A stretch of 64,000 nt of DNA, taken from NCBI GenBank assembly GCA_030704615.1, contig CM060732.1, forward strand, positions 16,492,001 to 16,556,000, written 5' to 3'. The translations under genes were made by a program, and so were the position numbers. The notes beneath the pieces are model-generated. The model was not told the origin of the DNA. It made no database searches and worked only from the letters and a program-made list of their open reading frames with translations. Positions 52,199-64,000 of the stretch are shown piece after piece (position 1 is the first letter of the stretch; each line of letters starts with the position of its first letter). The stretch is from Takakia lepidozioides (lineage: Eukaryota; Plantae; Bryophyta).

Positions 52199-53884
52199 AT
52201 GCTCGAACCTGAGAGGGGGGGAGTTCGTGCACCAGACAGGAGACCTCGTCGCAAGCTCCGGAAATTATACTTCGGACGTAGGCCAATGCCAAAGGGGAGG
52301 AAGCAGATGCGTCTACAGGCGGAGATTGCCATCTCCGAGCAGCAGGCCACTCAGGCAACCCAGCCACCAGTGAGAGCTCCATGCGATCGGGCTGCGCGCA
52401 GCTGATCGAGCACCGAACCCCCCATTTTGCTTCTGTAATTCTTAGACTGAATGCTAGGAGACTTGAATGCAGAACATGTTTGCATGCCTAACAGGAAAGG
52501 TGGACGTGTTGGAGGGATCGCAGGAATCCGAAGAGCCGCAGGAAGAGTCCGAGGAGCTAGCTGCAACACGTACACCCACCCAATCCCCGAGTGCGGGTAT
52601 TCCTGCCGGGCCTAGCCCTGTGCGATTCAAAACGCGTCTTCGAAGGGCAAGTTCAAAGCCCCAGAGATCGACTCGCGTTCTTTGGTCATGGAGAATCGCC
52701 AGCAGGGGTCGGGCCCTTCTCCAGCAAAGTCGAAGAAGAAGCAGCCCGTCCCTCTACTGGCTTCTGAACCGGCTCAGGCCGATTCACCCCCCCCAACGCG
52801 AATGAAGCAGCAGGGTAAAAGACAGATTCAATTGCAGCAGACACCTTCACCTGCAAGGATGAGGCAGAAGGCAATCAGGGCGACGGGCAAACAATCTCCC
52901 GCAAACCGCTTCCACGAGCTGAAGCTCAGTTCCTGGAGGATTTCCCGCCTGCAGATGTTGGGGCCCACTCTGCTGCAGCGAAGGCAATGGGATCGACCGT
53001 TGATCTCGATTTGGTACCGGAGGAGGGTGCTGCCGCTCAACGTTTCGCAGCAAGACCTCACCACCGATGAGCAAGCAGGCCCGGAGGAGGCCTCTGCAAT
53101 GGCAAAATTGCCCGCAGACAGGCCCCAGAGTGCAGCTCCAGTTGAGGATGCTCCAGCTGCTCAGCCACTACCGGCACCTACAGACATGTCTCCGGAGGAT
53201 TTCAAAAGTGCAGCGGATAAAATGTTGGAGGAGACACACAGTAGCATTGGCACAGTTCTGGGCAACAGGGTATTTCCAGCGGACTCTTCGAATCCCACTC
53301 TGTCGCATGGTCTCCCTTCCCATCGTCAGGCAGGCCCTTTCCGGAGATGTGGATAAGCTCAAGTTCGCATTTCGAGAAGGGTACCGTCTGGGATCGGCAG
53401 CGTTTTACTTTCCCATTGAGAATGAGGACGGCGAAACTCGGGACCCACTGACCCACTGCCGATGAATTGTCAACGTGGGATACCCACTGGCACACTCGCA
53501 ACGACGAATTCGAGGCGACGCTGAAGGGTGATCCAGACTTCGGCCATATGTCGGGTAAAATGTTCTTTGTGTGGGACGAATCACCGACTTCTTGCCTGGT
53601 GGGAGTACATCAAGCAGAACCATGCCAAGCACATTGGCTGGCATTACATGGTGGAGTGTGTCATCTTGAAGGTGAAGGCGGCAGACTCCTCCCTGCTCAA
53701 GAATGCCATGGCGGACCTCAACTCGTAAGATACTCATACCCTCCCTAGCACGTTCGAAATGGGTGCCGCATTTCGTTTCCATTCTGGTTTGTTTCCGTGC
53801 TTCCGTGTACTGAACTGGAGAGTGTGCCTTGCAGGGTCACTGAGAATGTGTACGTGCATACCCACATGGCACATATGCTATACA
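52199..53884 (+). pseudogene. 5' part of ParB-MTase cargo gene, copy F
   Basis: RPRRKLRKLYFGRRP first exon; LRIPLCRMVSLPIVRQAL...GYRLGSAAFY...MFFVWD/NHRLLAWW...MADLNS|gt. Interrupted by a terminus at 53885. Confidence 0.8.
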
Positions 53885-54883
53885 GAGGTTTACTATTTCA
53901 TGAGCAGAAACCATGAGCCATGAGCCATGAGCCGCATGAGCCGCATGAGCGGTGAGCCGAAGTCTAAGATACGGGCGATTTCATGAGCGGACTCTCCAAA
54001 TTGGAAATGCGGCAGATTAAACAAGTATTAAAATAATAGTTTTTTATTGACCTTGCCGTTTTTGGACGTTCCAGATCATGTAATGCGGCGATATGTCGTC
54101 AGTAACAAGTCCGCTCATGGTTTTATAGATCCGCTCATGGAAATAAGTGACCGTGCAACGGGAAATCCAGTATACCACTGCAAAAGGACGTCGCATACTG
54201 GCCTGTATAGAGTATTCCGCGGTTTTACATGCCTTAACATTGGAATGAAGCTGACCCTTTTGCGCCGATTGAACCAATGGAGTCTGCACCAATAGAGTCT
54301 GCAGTACTTCACAAATTCTGTCTTCTTCGGGTATTCGGCGGGAAAGGTTTGCAACTGAACTGGGAAATAGGGTGCCGCATTAGGGTTCGCACGTGCGAAA
54401 TTTCGGAGCGGTTTTGGTGTGGGCGAAGGCCGCCTCTGGGGGTACCTACGACGATACTTGGAAATTCGGCGCCGCATTTCCTTGTCGGAGGTCGAATGAG
54501 GAGAGCAAGTTTCGGAAAAGCAGAAAAACACATGAACCCTCCAACATACAAAAATACCTGCACGTGGAAACAAGTGAACGATATAGTAATATCTTAGTTC
54601 GATCAAAACAGGTTACTGGTAGGCAAGACATATGTCGGACCTTTGTGTGTGCCAGAGTCTGAGGTACTGGCAGCAGTACAGTTCTAACTATCCGATGGGC
54701 GTACCATTGTATGTGGACCGCAAGCCAAAAGCTCCTGGTCCCCTGGTCCATATTCAGAAGATTGTGAACCTCCTGGGGATCAACCCTGTGGAGGTGCATG
54801 TATGAAGTGATGAGTTTGTGGATTACAACGGGAGTCTCTTTAGTACACGTAGTTACAAATGCTTGCAAGGGCATGTATGATGA
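53885..54883. mobile_element. Second copy of the F-type terminus and SWIM end (G-left), inserted in the copy F cargo gene
   Basis: Direct repeat of 45315-~46310 with many small indels that increase toward the gap. Confidence 0.8.
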
Positions 54884-55383
54884 NNNNNNNNNNNNNNNNN
54901 NNNNNNNNNNNNNNNNNNNNNNNNNNNNNNNNNNNNNNNNNNNNNNNNNNNNNNNNNNNNNNNNNNNNNNNNNNNNNNNNNNNNNNNNNNNNNNNNNNNN
55001 NNNNNNNNNNNNNNNNNNNNNNNNNNNNNNNNNNNNNNNNNNNNNNNNNNNNNNNNNNNNNNNNNNNNNNNNNNNNNNNNNNNNNNNNNNNNNNNNNNNN
55101 NNNNNNNNNNNNNNNNNNNNNNNNNNNNNNNNNNNNNNNNNNNNNNNNNNNNNNNNNNNNNNNNNNNNNNNNNNNNNNNNNNNNNNNNNNNNNNNNNNNN
55201 NNNNNNNNNNNNNNNNNNNNNNNNNNNNNNNNNNNNNNNNNNNNNNNNNNNNNNNNNNNNNNNNNNNNNNNNNNNNNNNNNNNNNNNNNNNNNNNNNNNN
55301 NNNNNNNNNNNNNNNNNNNNNNNNNNNNNNNNNNNNNNNNNNNNNNNNNNNNNNNNNNNNNNNNNNNNNNNNNNNNNNNNNNN
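54884..55383. other. Assembly gap (500 N)
   Basis: Run of exactly 500 N. Confidence 1.
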
Positions 55384-57956
55384 GGTTGCTAGCTCATTCC
55401 AGGCTGAACAGCCGTGTCCTTTGTACGGCGTGGAAGGATGCACCCACATTTGATGACGCGGAGGTTAAGTTTGCTATCATCGAGGCTTGGTGGAACACGT
55501 CAGGTGCAGTGGAGACAACCAATCTGGGAGCATTGCACAGCTGGTTGGGGTGGTGGCATTTTCGGTATCGACAGTTCGGACAGTACATGCGGGAGGTAGG
55601 CTGCTGTCATTTTCGTTCATTTGTCTTTCTGTTACGGACATTTCGATTGGTCCTCACCGTTGTTTGTGTCCTTCTAGGAGCGGTGCTTGATTCCGACACG
55701 GACATGCCGAACACGAATATGGCAGAAATCGGTCCACTCCTCCTGGCGAGCGTCTTCTGCCGCACATCTGGTGGACGTAGTGACGGCCACAACGGAGGAC
55801 ATCGACAGAGCAATCATGCAGCAAGCCACGTACTACAAGTTCCTGAGCGGCAAACAATGGGCTTTGGGCCGGACAGGGAGGAATTGTTGGTACGAACAGC
55901 TTCGAGGTCCAAGAATCCAGTGAAATGGGCGACAGCATTGCGAGAGAAGATCAAAGGGACGCCTCTGCACCGCAGAGGTGAACACCTAGAGGGGGACGTC
56001 CGGACTCGCCCTGTCAGGCGGAGGATTGAAGAGGAACCCGGGTGCGAAGAGGATTCCTGGAGATCCGACAGGAACATTCGGACAGCACCTCGAGGTCCCG
56101 TCATGTTGCCGCACAATGTGTCTTCCAGCAGTGGAAGCCCAAGAAATTCCAGATCGCCCTCGCCTTCAACCGGGGATTTCGTGCAACAAATTCCCACCGC
56201 TCCCTTGCCCCACATTCCGCCCGCTGTTATGCAGTATGGCCAAGCCATTGTGGAGACGACTGTGTCTGCCTCACAGTGGAGAATTGCTCGCACAAAGCCG
56301 TCGTTTCGAGGAAGGTGTTCCGCAATTCGTGTGGATACACGGCAACGTTGTTTAGAGATGATAAGGAGGAATCCAGATGGGGCTGTCCTGCTCCTACTTT
56401 TACAGGAAGATTTGTCCATGCAAAGTTTGCGGAGGCGACAACCACCCAGTTCTGGTTCTGCAGGCACGACATTATGACTTGCGTGTATGGAAAGCCCAAG
56501 TACGGCATACAGACAATGCCAGAGGCTCCCCCGGTGTGGCCGGTGGAACCAGGCTGCGATCTGAGTCAGGTTGAGGCCGACGCCCTTACCGCCGCAGGAT
56601 TTCGGATGGTGCAGCGCACTGACGTGCCCAGACAACCATTTCCGCTTCCACAGCCTCCACCACCGACCCCTGTGAGAGCAAGAACAATGGGACACGACAG
56701 CTCTAAGCATCCTACACACCGTTGGGGGAAACCGAAGAGGCGGCGACCTCCCTCAAAAGTGAACGAGACAAGGATGGGGAATGCACTTCGGATGAACTGT
56801 ACAATCCAGAGCTCGACAGAAGTGCCCCCACCAGGATTCGGGCGTGTGTATCAGATGGCCACGGCGGGCTCAGCTGTTCGCAATGAGGTGTACACCATCA
56901 CCATTTCAGAATTACCCACCTGCAATTGCACCGACTTCCAGATCATGGCGAACAAGGGGGCATCATACTGCCCTTGCAAGCATTTGTACTACGTGTACCT
57001 AAAGAGACTCCGTTGTAATTCCACAACTCATCACTTCATACATGCACCAGGGTTGAGCCCCCAGGAGGTTCACACTCTTCTGAATATGGATCCAGGGGAC
57101 CAGTGAGCTTGGCTTGCGGTCCACATACAATGGTACGCCCATCCTTTTCGGATAGTAGAACTGTACTGCTGCCAGTACCTCAGACTCTGGCCACAGAAAG
57201 GTCCGACATATGTCTTGCCTACCAGTAACCTGTTTTGATCGAACTAAGATATTACTATATCGTTCACTTGTTTCCACGTGCATGTATTTTTGTATGTTGG
57301 AGGGTTCATGTTTTTCTGCTTTCCGAAAACTTGCTTTCCTCATTCGACCTCCGACAAGGAAATGCGGCGCCGAATTTCCAAGTATCGTCGTAGGTACCCC
57401 AGAGGCGGCCTTCGCCAACACCAAACCGCTCCGAAATTTCGCACGTGCGAACCCTAATGCGGCACCCTATTTCCCAGTTCAGTTGCAAACCTTTCCCGCC
57501 GAATACCCGAAGAAGACAGAATTGTGAAGTACTGCAGACTGTATTGGTGCAGACTCCATTGGTTCAATCGCGGCAAAAGGGTCAGCTTCATTCCAATGTT
57601 AAGGCATGTAAAACCGCGGAATACTCTATACAGGCCAGTATGCGACGTCCTTTTGCAGTGGTATACTGGATTTCCCGTTGCACGGTCACTTATTTCCATG
57701 AGCGGATCTAAAAAACCATGAGCGGACTTGTTACTGACGACATATCTTCGCCGCATTACATGATCTGGAACGTCCAAAAACGGCAAGGTCAAATAAAAAA
57801 CTATTATTTTAATACTTGTTTAATCTGCCGCATTTCCAAATTTGGAGGAGTCCGCTCATGAAATCCGCGTATCTTAGACTTCGGCTCACCGCTCATGCGG
57901 CTCATGCGGCTCATGGCTCATGGCTCATGGTTTCTGCTCATGAAATAGTAAACCTC
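55384..57956 (+). mobile_element. Inverted near-identical copy of 45315-~47890 (G-right): transposase C-terminal half, SWIM, terminus
   Basis: Same peptide as 46166-47890 but on the + strand (stop at 57106). Ends GCTCATGAAATAGTAAACCTC at 57956. Confidence 0.9.
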
Positions 57957-58096
57957 GAGTAAAAGGGGGACGTTAATGTCCCGGTGAGCAGCCAAAGCTC
58001 CGAGTTGGCCCGGCGACCAGTTTGGGAGTTAGGCGCGCGCATCAAAGCGAGTAACTATGACTTGAAGGGGAGCTTACCGAAGTGAGGTGTGCGACA
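57957..58096. mobile_element. LTR terminal fragment (same family as 39275-40388)
   Basis: Homologous to ~40250-40388 and ends GAGGTGTGCGACA. Interrupts the Gypsy 3' ORF, with no polypurine tract beside it. Confidence 0.75.
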
Positions 58097-58973
58097 CAAG
58101 AGTATGAGTAACTTCTTCCTCTGGCTGTCTCGTAGCCAATGGTTCTGCTTCTAATGTGATTGCTTTCCTCTGCCTCTTAGGCTGTTGATGCTCTGCCAAT
58201 CCCCCTTCTCCCTGTGAAGAACCTTGCTCTTCTATGGCAGTGGTTGTTGTCCCAAACACTCCCATCTCCTTCCTTTCTCTCGCATCAAGTATGCACGAGT
58301 CTAGAATAATTTGTGCAATGATTGGCCCAGACACTATGATAGGAGACTTTGCGGCAGTGCCTTGTAATCTCTTCATCTCCTCTACCAGTCCGTTGTACAT
58401 TATGTCCGCCCAAGCGACCTCTTCTCCTCTCAGGGCTTTTAGTATTTCCTCTGTGAAGGATCTGCTCAAATACTATTGGTTCTGTTTCATGGCAAACAGA
58501 ACGTTCAATATCTGGCCTACCTCCCTTAGCCCTGGGTACACGGCCTTGGTACAAGCATAACCCTGAGTTTTAAAGAAACTCCCTTCTTGGAATAAGTCCC
58601 CTATTTGCAGTCTTGCCCTGTGCTCCTCCACATGTATCTGACCTGATGGCAATTCAAACAATTGCTGTAGGTATAGGGGAGTAACTTCTAATTCAACTCC
58701 CTTCACCATTGTTGCTCCTGTCCTAGGCTCAAAGTTCTGCAAGAATTGTAACATGTACTGCCTATGGTGCAATGTCCAATCTTTGCTTTGCAATCCTTCT
58801 AATCGCAGCTTCTTCAGTAACTGTATCGCCTGTGGAGTAGCAATCGTTTGTTTCTGCAGGATTGTGGTGCTCTTCACCTTGATTTCTTCCATTCCTCTCA
58901 CTCTCTTCATTCTAGACAAACAGACAGGTTTTGGTTGCAACAATTGAAGAAACGCCTGCAGGGCACAAAGCAT
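58097..58973 (-). pseudogene. Additional 3' ORF of the Gypsy element (resembles plant-mobile-domain/Athila-Tat accessory ORFs); internal TAG
   Basis: Conserved with 28467-29700 at the protein level. The family assignment is inference. Confidence 0.6.
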
Positions 58974-59650
58974 AAACGTATGGTTGCCACAAAATGCTAT
59001 GGGTAATTTCTTGTAAGCCTGCGGGGCTTACAAGCATCGATTAAGAGAAAAGATACTCTCTGTTCTTCTATCCCCGTGCCACTGCGTAAGTAGTATCACG
59101 AGTGTATAGTCTGTTAGTTCCTCCATAGCTTCAAAGCTATAGCATTGATGGTCTGTCCCGTCGAGACGCCCGTTACTTGGAACGACGCCGGCTCTTGCGC
59201 TTAAAATCCCTCCAATTTCTTGATTTCGCTTCTTGGAAAATACCTTCTGCAGGTAATTCTGGCTCATGATTGGCTGTTGGCTGTGTGATTTGTTTTGTAA
59301 TTTAATTTCCTTCCATGGATTTTTCACTCTGGACTGTCCACTAGGATAGTACATGTGACATGGATTTCGCTTTTTGGTACTTTTAAAGGGTTCCGTTACC
59401 CTTTCCCCGTCTGCATTAATGGGCCCATAATAAGTTAATATGCCGTGTAGGTACTTTGACGACCAATTTTGTTTTTTTCCTTGATGACAGTCGCTCTTGC
59501 AATCCATGTCCGGCTGTGTGTCTCGCCCTGGCGTCCACGTGTCCATTCCTAAACGTGCCTCCGTCCACTTTTCCGCCGGCCACTCTCCGGTTGTTAATTC
59601 ATGTCCACCTGTCACTGATCCTATGGATTGTGTAACCCCAGTAAGCTGTG

Positions 59651-59790
59651 TTGAGCTGTGACAGGCTGTGTCATACTGTGGTACGCTGTGATAGGCTGTG
59701 ACATGTTGTGGTAGGTTGTGATAGGCTGTGTGACACTGTGATGGGCTGTGATAGGCTGTGTCGCGCCGTGATGGGTTGTGATAGGCTGTG
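59651..59790. repeat. 30-bp minisatellite made of 10-bp ..CTGTG subunits in the Gypsy post-integrase spacer
   Basis: ATAGGCTGTG recurs every 30 bp (59691, 59721, 59751, 59781). Confidence 0.85.
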
Positions 59791-59973
59791 CCACACTTGT
59801 ACTGCCCGCCCTGGTCATATATGCTCGGCCTAGCGACAAGTGCTCCATACTCCGTTGGTATCACTGGCGCAGCCCGTGACTGCTTCTGCGTTTCAACATG
59901 CAAATCATGTTGCAATGGTTTGTCATGGATACCACTGTATCCCTTCAACTTATTGGCATTGACTCTTCAGCAT

Positions 59974-62900
59974 CTATTTGTTAATGGTTCGTAACATGGC
60001 GGTGTTGTTATCATACATTTTCTGTATGACATAAGGTCCTTTCCATGGTGATTTAAGCTTAGAAGCTTTAATCTTTCCCTTCTTCTGCAACCAGAGAACC
60101 AAATCTCCCGTCTTAAAAGTCTTTAACTTGCCTTCATCAAACTGTTCCTTTCTCTTCATCTGAATTCTGGTCATGTTATCAGCTGCATCGGCACGTACTT
60201 CTTCCACATGGTATAATTCATGTTTCCTGACCTTAATTGAATCTTGCAATTCCATTCTCTTTCCCCATTCCATTCTCATGGTAGGTAACAGGAATTCCAC
60301 TGGAAGTAAAGCTTCTATACCATAAACTAATTGGAATGGTGTATACTTAGTGGTGACTTTATATGAAGTCCTGTATGACCACAAAGCTGTCAGCAGCTTT
60401 GTATCCCAATCCGTTCTGTTTGCATTGACTATCTTAGCCAAGATAGTACATAGTATTTTGTTGGTAGCCTCTGCCTGCCCATTACCCTGTGGGTAATATG
60501 ATGTACTCTTCCTATGCACAATCATGAACTCTTTAGTCAATAGTTCAATGGTCTCATTAATGAAGTGACTTCCCTGATCACTGATAAATTCCAAGGGACA
60601 GCCAAATCGTGTAAGTATGTTCTCATACAGGAACCTTGCTGTGGACTTGGCTGTGTTGTCCCTCAAAGCTTTAGCTTCCACCCACTTCGTAGTATAATCA
60701 ATGGTTGTAATTATGTACCTGTTCTGTGTATTCTTGGCTGGTGGGTTAATTGGTCCAACAAAGTCTAGTCCCTATTTCTGAAATGGTTCAGTAGGCATTG
60801 TAGGATGCAAAGCCATCTTCCCAAATCTCTGCAAAGGTCCTAGCCTCTGACATTCATCACAACTCTGACAATACTTGTGTACATCTTTGAACAAAGTAGG
60901 CCACCAGTAACCTGTCAGTAGTATCTTCCTACTGGTAGTCTCTTCTCCAAAATGACCTCCAGCCACTCCTTTATGAACTTCCTCCAAAACTTTATTTACT
61001 TCATGGTTGTACAAGCATCGTTTAAGTACTCCATCAGGTCCTAGCTTATACATTCTGCCTCCTACCATAGTATAAGGTAGAGCCTTGATAGCGATTCTCT
61101 TTCTTTGCTCCTTACCATAACTAGGTGGGCACTGACCATGAGTAAGGTAGTATTTGATTGGCCACTGCCAATCTAACCATTCATCTGCACTTCCTTGCAC
61201 CTCCATTACAAATAAACTCGCATCAGGTAACTGATCGTCTACTCCTGTGGCGGCTTCTCCTGTTGTTAGTCGTGACAAATGATCTGCCACAAGATGCAAA
61301 CGGCCAGGCTTGTAAACAACTTCGAACTCAAACTCGTGCAAGATTATTAACCACCTCGCTATCCTTCCACTTATCAAAGGTTTGTTCACCAGATATATCA
61401 GAGCTTGGTGATCCACATAAAACATAAACTTCTTGCCCAACAGGTAATGCCTGAATTTCTTCACTGCATAAATCATTGCCAGTGCTTCTCTTTCAGTTGT
61501 GCTATAGTTCCTTTCAGCACTGTTCATCAACCTGCTAGCATAGTACACAGGTGAATCTATATTTCCTGTAACATTCTGGGCTAACACCGCTCCCAACGCT
61601 TCTCCTGAGGCATCACAATGAACATGAAATACTACATGCCAGTGAGGGTTAATCTGCACAGGTGTAGTTGTTATTGACAATGTAAGTTCCTCAAAAGCCT
61701 GTTGACATTCAGCTGTCCATGCAAACACTGCATCTTTCTTCAGAAGCTTGCTCAATGGTGCTGCTATTTGTGCATACCTTTTGACAAATCTTCTGTAATA
61801 ACTGGTTTGCCCAAGGAATCTCCTTAGACTCTTAACATTTGCTGGTGGTGGAGAGGCTTTAATGGCCTCTGTCTTCCTGGGATCCACAAGAAGTCCCCTC
61901 ATACACACAATGTGTCCCAGAAGCACCCCTGAGTTCACACAGAAAGTACATTTCTCTGGATTCAGGCCCAGACCTCTCATTCTGCATGTGGCCAGACATA
62001 ACTCCAACTTATGCAAGTGCTCATTCTTAGAGCTGTACACACTAAAATCATCCAAGAATACCTGCATGAAATCATCCAGATACTCATGAAAAGATTCACT
62101 TATCACTCTCTGAAAGGTTGCTGGTGCATTACAAAGTCCAAAGGGCATGTTTTTGTATGCATAAGCACCCCAGTCTGTGATGAAAGCTGTCTTTCCCTGG
62201 TCTTCTTCTGCCACTTGCACTTGATTATAACCATTGAAGCCATCCATGAATGAGTACATCTCATGGCCTGCCACAGTGTCCAATACCGCTTCTGTGAATG
62301 GTAAGGGAAAATGATCTTTCTTTGTGCAAGCATTCAACTTCTTATAGTTCACACAAACTCTCAGTTTACCATTCTTCTTGGGAACTCACAATGGGTGACA
62401 ACCAAGTTGTATACTCTATTGGGTATATAAACTTAGCCTCAGCCAACTTCTTGATCTCTTCTCCAACCTTCTGTGCATAGTTGGGATTCATTCTGTACCT
62501 TGCCTGCTTGATTGGTGATGACCTTGGTTCTAGTTCAATCTTATGCTGACAAATTTCAGGTGGTATCCCTTTTAGATCCTCATAGCTCCAAGCAAATACA
62601 TCTCTATATTTGATGAACAAACTCTTAGCTTCTTCAAAGAATTCTGGCTCCAAATCAGCTCCTACCTTCACCATCCTCGGTTCCTCTTCAGTTCCCACAT
62701 TCACTTCCCTCACTTGCTCATCAGCTGTGATTGTCCAACCAGTCACCACTTCATCCTGTAAACTCACAGTGGCTGGTTCCTCTATGATTTCCATTTCTCC
62801 TTCTCTTTCTTCATAGAAATGTGATGGGTAACTGCTGGTTTCCTCTTCAATTGGTGTTGCTGACACTACACCACAGCAGATACCTCTTAAACAACTTAGG

Positions 62901-63082
62901 CCTTCCAGCCGCATCTCTGCCACCTGCTCCCACTCTGGGTGTGCAGCGAACAGGGTAGCTTCCTGCTCCTCATCCAGTCCTCCCCTCCAATCATACTCTC
63001 TGACCCCTTGAGGTCTTCTCGTAGCAGGTAATCTACTAGATTTCTTAGTGGTAATTTGTATCTCGTGCATCCCATTATGCAC
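59974..63082 (-). pseudogene. pol: Ty3/Gypsy pol: reverse transcriptase, RNase H, integrase
   Basis: DHFPLP, DGFNGYNQV, MPFGLCNAPATFQR, VFLDDF; CDASG...TEREAL...DHQAL; HHCC zinc finger; ISDQGSHF...YYPQGNGQAE; WKGPY. Frameshift at ~62380 and a TGG>TAG stop at 60772. Confidence 0.95.
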
Positions 63083-63094
63083 AGTTAGTAACTG

Positions 63095-64000
63095 AGAAAG
63101 GAAAATTAGAAGGGAGTACTTGGATGAGATTCGGCACCGAAGTTCATCTGTCGCAAGGAAAAATAAAAAAAATAAAAAAATGACTTCAGATGAATTTCGG
63201 CACCGAAATCCATCCGCAGGGCAGCAGAATTAGGGTCGGAAAATGAGATGAAGAATGAATTTCGGCGCCGAAATACATCCATTCGGCCGATTCAGGATTA
63301 CTGTCATTCGGATGTCGGCACCAATATCCAGACACGTGGTGAATCACGACTGTAATCAGGAACACATTCATCCGTATTTTGGCATCCAAATTCAACCCTT
63401 ATGTGCAGAAACAATTTGATGAAGAAGATGTTCATCCGAATTTCGGCACCGAAATCCATCCGTTGGGTGTTTGGTCAGTTTTATGAGGTGAACAAATTAC
63501 GATTTCTGTCGCCGGAATTCATCCACTGGCTTCCAAAGCTGTTACATGACAGAGATGTTCATCCAGATTTCGGTGCCGAAATTCATGGGAAGGCTTGATT
63601 TATTGTAGCCCAAGTGGTTGTACATTACAATTCAGGCACCAAATATCCGATGTAAACTTCTTGTTGTCGTCCGTTTTTGTAACGTACGAGAAGTTCTTCG
63701 CCCCGCATACCGGTGGGTGACCCTGCAGCTTGGGCCACCCATCGGTGGGGGAAACTGAAAAGACGGCGGCCACCAACAAAGGCGAACGACACCAGGATGG
63801 CCAACGCTCTTGCAATGCTCTGCATAGTGCAAGGTTGCAGGGATGTTTCTCACCCCGGGATGGGGCGCATATTTCAGTTGTCAACAGCCGGGTCTGCTGC
63901 GCGCAGTGTCGTGTATGCAATCACGGTTTCACAGTACCCAGCTTGCAACTGTAAGGACTTCCTTGTTATGGAATCGAAGAATGCAGCATACGTCCCCTGC
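63095..64000 (+). mobile_element. Copy H: inverted close relative of element B interior (palindrome array + SWIM fragment)
   Basis: Reverse complement of ~12460-13620, lacking ~250 bp corresponding to ~12770-13015. Confidence 0.85.

Larger units (their letters stand above)
45315..53884. mobile_element. Copy F of the Mutator-like family (transposase half nearly intact, cargo gene interrupted)
   Basis: Terminus GAGGTTTACTATTTCATGAGC plus CATGAGC repeats; transposase on -; palindrome array; ParB gene on +. Confidence 0.85.
58097..63090 (-). mobile_element. Decayed non-chromoviral Ty3/Gypsy LTR retrotransposon internal region (pol + extra 3' ORF), truncated at both ends
   Basis: RT-RNaseH-integrase order, followed by a spacer with tandem repeats and a same-strand additional ORF. 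Confidence 0.9.

Noticed and set aside
54798-56477. 559-aa ORF in the ORF track
   Set aside because: Artefact of reading through the 500-N gap.
53885-57956. Single foldback element with long TIRs
   Set aside because: No TSD, both ends are the same SWIM-side end, and an unsized gap lies between them.
57957-58096. 3' LTR of the adjacent Gypsy element
   Set aside because: It interrupts the 3' ORF mid-frame and has no polypurine tract, so it is treated as a separate insertion.
59028-59948. 306-aa ORF after integrase
   Set aside because: Largely minisatellite-derived with no recognisable domain; at most a frameshifted pol tail, so not called separately.

Overview
This window is eukaryotic, intron-containing DNA made almost entirely of nested transposable elements. 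It is plant-like; a bryophyte or lycophyte source is my guess from the Ty3/Gypsy lineage and is not established. No host gene or RNA gene is supportable. The dominant component is about 8 full or partial copies (A-H) of one family of large Mutator-like DNA transposons. Their recurring layout is: short imperfect terminus (GRGGNTNNCTATTYCRTGAGC followed by TGAGC subterminal repeats), a GCM-like/MULE-DDE/SWIM transposase, arrays of long palindromes, a divergently oriented multi-exon cargo gene, then the other terminus. The cargo gene encodes a ParB/Srx-like domain (WDGNHR) fused to a beta-class amino-(N6A/N4C)-DNA-methyltransferase fold with an unusual DIPDG motif IV. One deletion derivative (10253-17738) is complete, with a perfect 10-bp TSD. 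Each subfamily carries its own palindrome, and the palindromes mutate almost only at the central CpG. Also present are a decayed non-chromoviral Ty3/Gypsy element with an extra 3' ORF plus two fragments of it, a solo LTR and an LTR piece of another family, a plant-type MULE-SWIM transposase fused to a RAG1/Transib-like fragment, and a 500-N assembly gap. All domain calls come from motif recognition by eye; no database search was run.
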